A DNA stretch of 64,000 nucleotides from the human T2T-CHM13v2.0 reference genome, Homo sapiens. The stretch lies in NCBI RefSeq assembly GCF_009914755.1, contig NC_060927.1; one strand, written 5' to 3'. Under the pieces are notes generated by a model that saw only the letters and a list, made by a program, of their open reading frames with translations, did not search any database and was not told the origin of the DNA. The translations under genes were made by a program, and so were the position numbers. This document shows, in pieces, positions 60,350 to 64,000 of this stretch (positions are counted from its first letter, which is position 1; each line of letters starts with the position of its first letter).

Positions 60350-61977
60350 TGAGAGGTGACAGCGTGCTGGCAGCCCTCACAGCCCTTGCTCGCTCTCCGC
60401 ACCTCCTCAGCCTCTGCGCCCACTCTGGCCATGCTCGAGGAGCCCTTCAGCCTGCCACTGTGCTGTGGGGGCCCCTCTCTGGGCTGGCCGAGGCTGAGCC
60501 AGCTCCCTCTGCTTGCGGGAAGGTGTGCGAGAGGCACGGGCGGGAGCCAGGGCTGCACCCTGCGCTCACCGGCCAGCGCGAGTTCCAGGTGGCCGTGGGC
60601 TCGGCGGCCCGCACTCAGAGCAGCGGGCTGGTGCCACTGGCCCCGGGCAGTGAGTGGCTTAGCACCCTGGCCAGCAGCTGCAGAGGGTGCGCCGGGTCCC
60701 CCAGCAGTGCCGGCCGGCCAGTGCTGCGCTCGAATTCCCGCCAGGCCTCAGCTGCCTCCCCGTGGGGCAGGGCTTGGGACCTGCAGCCTGCCATGCAGAG
60801 CCTCTCCCCCTGTGGCTGTGGGCTCCAGCGCGGCCGGAGCCTCCGCAGACAGCACCTCCCCCTGCTCCGCGGTGCCCGGTCCCATCGACTGCCCAAGGGC
60901 TGAGGAGGGCGGGCACGCGGTGGCACGGGACTGGTGGCCAACTCCGCCTGTGGCCCCAGTGCAGGATCCACTAGGTGAAGCCAGCTGGGCTCCTGAGTCT
61001 AGTGGGGACTTGGAGAACCTTTATGTCTAGCTAAGGGATTGTAAATACACCAAGCAGCACTCTGTGTCTAGCTCAAGGTTTGTAAATGCACCAATTAGCA
61101 TTCTGTATCTAGCTGATCTGGTGGGGACTTGGAGAATCTTTTTGTCTAGCTTAGGGATTGTAAATACACCCATCGGCACTCTGTGTCTAGTTCAAGGTTT
61201 GTAAATGCACCAATCAGCACTCTGTATCTAGGTAATCTGGGGGGGACTTGGAGAATCTTTGTCTAGCTAAGGGATTGTAAATACACCAATCAGCACTCTC
61301 TGTCTAGCTCAAGGTTTGTAAACACACCAATCAGCATCCTGTGTGTAGCTCAAGGTTTGTAAATGCACCAATCAGTGCTCTGTGTCTAGCTAATCTAGTG
61401 GGTACTTGGAGAACTTTTGTGTCTAGCTCAGGGATTATAAACGCACCAGTCAGCACCCTGTCAAAACGGATCGATCAGCTCTCTGTAAAATGGACCAATC
61501 AGCAGGAAGTGGGTGGGGCCAGATAAGGGAATAAAAGCAGGCTGCCTGAGCCAGCAGTGGCAACCCGCGCAGGTGCCCTTCCACACTGTGGAAGCTTTGT
61601 TCTTTCGCTCTTTGCAATAAATCTTGCTGCTGCTCACTCTTTGGGTCCACACTGCCTTTGAGCTGTAACATTCATCTCGAAGGTCTGCAGCTTCTCTCCT
61701 GAGGCCAGCCAGACCACGAACCCACTGGGAGGAACAACAACTCCAGACACCCTACCTTAAGAGCTGTAACACTCACTGCGAAGGTCTGCAGTTTCACTCC
61801 TGAAGCCCGCGAGATCAGGAACCCACCAGAAGGAAGAAACTCGGAACACAGCTGAACATCAGGAGGGACAAACCCTGGACACACCAGCTTTAAGAACTGT
61901 AACACTCACCCACCGTAAGGGTCCGCGGCTTCATTCTGGAAGTCAGTGAGACCAAGAACCCACCAATTCCAGATACA
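60350..61977 (+). mobile_element. Solo LTR12 (LTR12C-like, HERV9), 1628 bp
   Basis: TGAGAGGTGACAGCGTGCTGGCAG start and CCAATTCCAGATACA end; perfect 4-bp TSD CTAT at 60346-49 and 61978-81; GC-rich U3 and tandem CCAAT repeats. Confidence 0.96.
61000..61621 (+). promoter_or_regulatory. LTR12 enhancer/promoter: NF-Y array, GATA site, TATA-like box, poly(A) signal
   Basis: Intact CCAAT at 61091, 61210, 61286, 61327, 61368 and 61495; AGATAA at 61521; AATAAAA at 61530; AATAAA at 61616. Confidence 0.8.
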
Positions 61978-63851
61978 CTATGATAGTCTTATGTTTAGCT
62001 GAATCAAGAGGAACTTCTAGAAGGTAGTAAACATCTGACTAGAACATTATGATCAAAATAGTGAAATGTTTGGATTTTTGAATGATTTTAATATGATAGT
62101 GAAAAACAGTTGTTCACTAAAGACCAGATAATTTAACTTGATTCTTATAGAAAAATATAATATTTATTGAAGTCTACTGTGTTACCCCCCGGATTCATAG
62201 CTGGATACATTTTTAAAAAAATTATAAGACACTAAAAACCCAACTTAAAAATGAAAATTTATACCTGACAAGTATTTGTTTTGTCAGAATACCAGCTTGG
62301 CTGAGTATTTTTGTTACTGTCTCCATAAATTTTATATATTTTCTGAATAACATTTATTTGGGTACAACTGTAAAGGAATGGATTAGCCTTCATGTTTGAT
62401 AATTGGAGAATATTGGGTAGATTGGTCATGTTACCAGAATGGGCAAAAATGGACCATTTAGAGTGTTGAATTTAAAGTTAGGGTCCTAGTTTTCTCCAAA
62501 CTGTTTTTTATTAACTTCAAGATTATATAAAACAACATATTTATGTTATCTTATGTATTTGTGTTCTTTTTTAAAAAAAATAAGTTAGGCGATCCTTTCT
62601 TTATATAAATCACATAGAAATTTATAGCCTAGTTGAAATGGGCCACCAAATTCCTGCTACCTTCTCCCCACTTTTTTTCTCATCTAGCAGCTTTTGAGGC
62701 ATCACTAGGGATCCACAAAGGGCAGTTTGTAAGAACACTGCTAAACATAATTATTGTGGTTTCACACGGTGTATTTTGCCATTGGTAGCCAATTTGTTGG
62801 TAAAATTACTAATGTAAAAATAATTTTTAGTGTATATAAACATATCATTTCTGACCTTGATTCTTTTCTCTGCTTATGTATAAGCATGCTTATCTTTACT
62901 GCAATATATTTGCTCTTACAACTATTACCAATTCGTAGTATGGAGGGTTATTGTTTAAACTTAATTTAAGAAAGTAACAAGAAGGAAAGCCACCTTTTGT
63001 CCAGCAACCAAACTTCCCTTCCCTCCCTTTCTACCATCCAACCAATTTACCAGCCAAGCATTTATCCTTCCATCCACCCCACAACAATTATTTGTTGCCA
63101 GGGGATTTAGAGATAAATACATAATCGTTGCCTTCAAAAAGCCCTAGTCAATTATATTCCTTAGGATACTACCAGCATTTCCAAATACTCTTTAGCACAG
63201 ATTATTTCCTTCAAATTAAAATAAAATGTGTGCATGACTCTTTTTTTGTTTGTTTTGTTTTGTTTTGTATGAGAGATTGTGACTTCAAGAAAGTTTAAAA
63301 GCCTTTGGCTAGATACTACATTGATATTGATCTCTTTCTTCTTATACCTTTGTAATTTTTGAAATACATGAGAAACTGTCGTTTACGCTTTCCTTTCATT
63401 TTCCAATCTCCTATTGTATTTGGCACATAGAGTTGAAAGGAAACAATATTAGCATTTAGTAGCAAATTAATTTTCGCAGTAACAAATGACATGTACCAAT
63501 AAGTTATATTTGTTCATGAAAATACATTTAGAGAGTTATATTATGACTTGGTGAATTTTAAGACCGAAAATAAAGAGCCAACTTAGCAAACCTGTGGCTG
63601 ATCAACACAGATTAAGACACTTCTAGTTTCTCCCTCTTTCCATTGGTGTGTACCTTACCAATCAACACCCTCAAAGCAATTAAACTATATATAGTTATCC
63701 CTAATACACATTTACTTCCTTGGGCATTAGCCAGAATGCACATTTTATGATCACTTATCCTTCAAATACAACTACTGGTAATTATCTAAGATGTTTAGAT
63801 GCAGAGGTTTGACAATTAGCAATCAAAGTTCATGTTTGCTAGGAAAATGTA

Positions 63852-64000
63852 CAGCAAGTCCTCAAATAACATCCTTTTGCTCAATGTCATTTCCTTATAA
63901 GTTTGAGGGGAAAAAATCCATTCCTAGCTGGAGCCATTGTCTGTATGGAGTTCACACATTCTCCCCATGTCTTGGGTTGTCTCTGGGTACTCCAGTTTCC
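63852..64000 (+). mobile_element. MER6/MER6A (TcMar-Tigger), continues beyond the window
   Basis: TA followed by CAGCAAGTCCTCAAATAAC..., then ggagttcacacattctccccatgtc...gggtactccagtttcc. Confidence 0.8.

Noticed and set aside
60310-61030. Overlapping 197-aa and 224-aa ORFs in CpG-island-like sequence
   Set aside because: They lie in the GC-rich LTR12 U3, where stop codons are rare; the starts are non-ATG and no domain is recognisable.
61000-61500. Regularly spaced ~41-bp repeats resembling a CRISPR-like array
   Set aside because: These are the normal LTR12 U3 tandem enhancer repeats; there are no unique spacers or cas genes, and the DNA is eukaryotic.

Overview
Primate genomic DNA. AluY, an L1PA3-like insertion and LTR12 point to a hominoid, probably human. 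The window is AT-rich, CpG-poor and non-coding, and looks like a large intron or intergenic region; no host protein-coding exon, RNA gene or locus identity can be supported. Every long ORF in the track is explained by retroelements. Left end: an almost full-length but dead L1PA4-6 element (1-6381, minus) with a broken ORF1/ORF2, an RT FADD->LAED substitution, a retained ZNF93-binding segment, a truncated antisense ORF0, and an AluY inserted in its promoter. Middle: MIR/L2/L3/L1M/MER fragments, about 13 Alus, and three independent twin-primed (5'-inverted) L1 insertions. It also holds a 99.6%-identical 273-bp tandem duplication that doubles a splice-site-flanked 28-nt segment, a 50-bp templated-insertion repair scar, and AT-rich hairpins and VNTRs. 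Right end: a nested stack of three same-strand LTR promoters (solo LTR15-like, full-length THE1, solo LTR12), where LTR12 has gained a new GT donor. I see no novel coding system. The best leads are repair and retrotransposition scars, plus possible TE-promoter-driven spliced transcripts. Subfamily names come from recalled consensus sequences and need RepeatMasker/Dfam confirmation; boundaries of old repeats are approximate.
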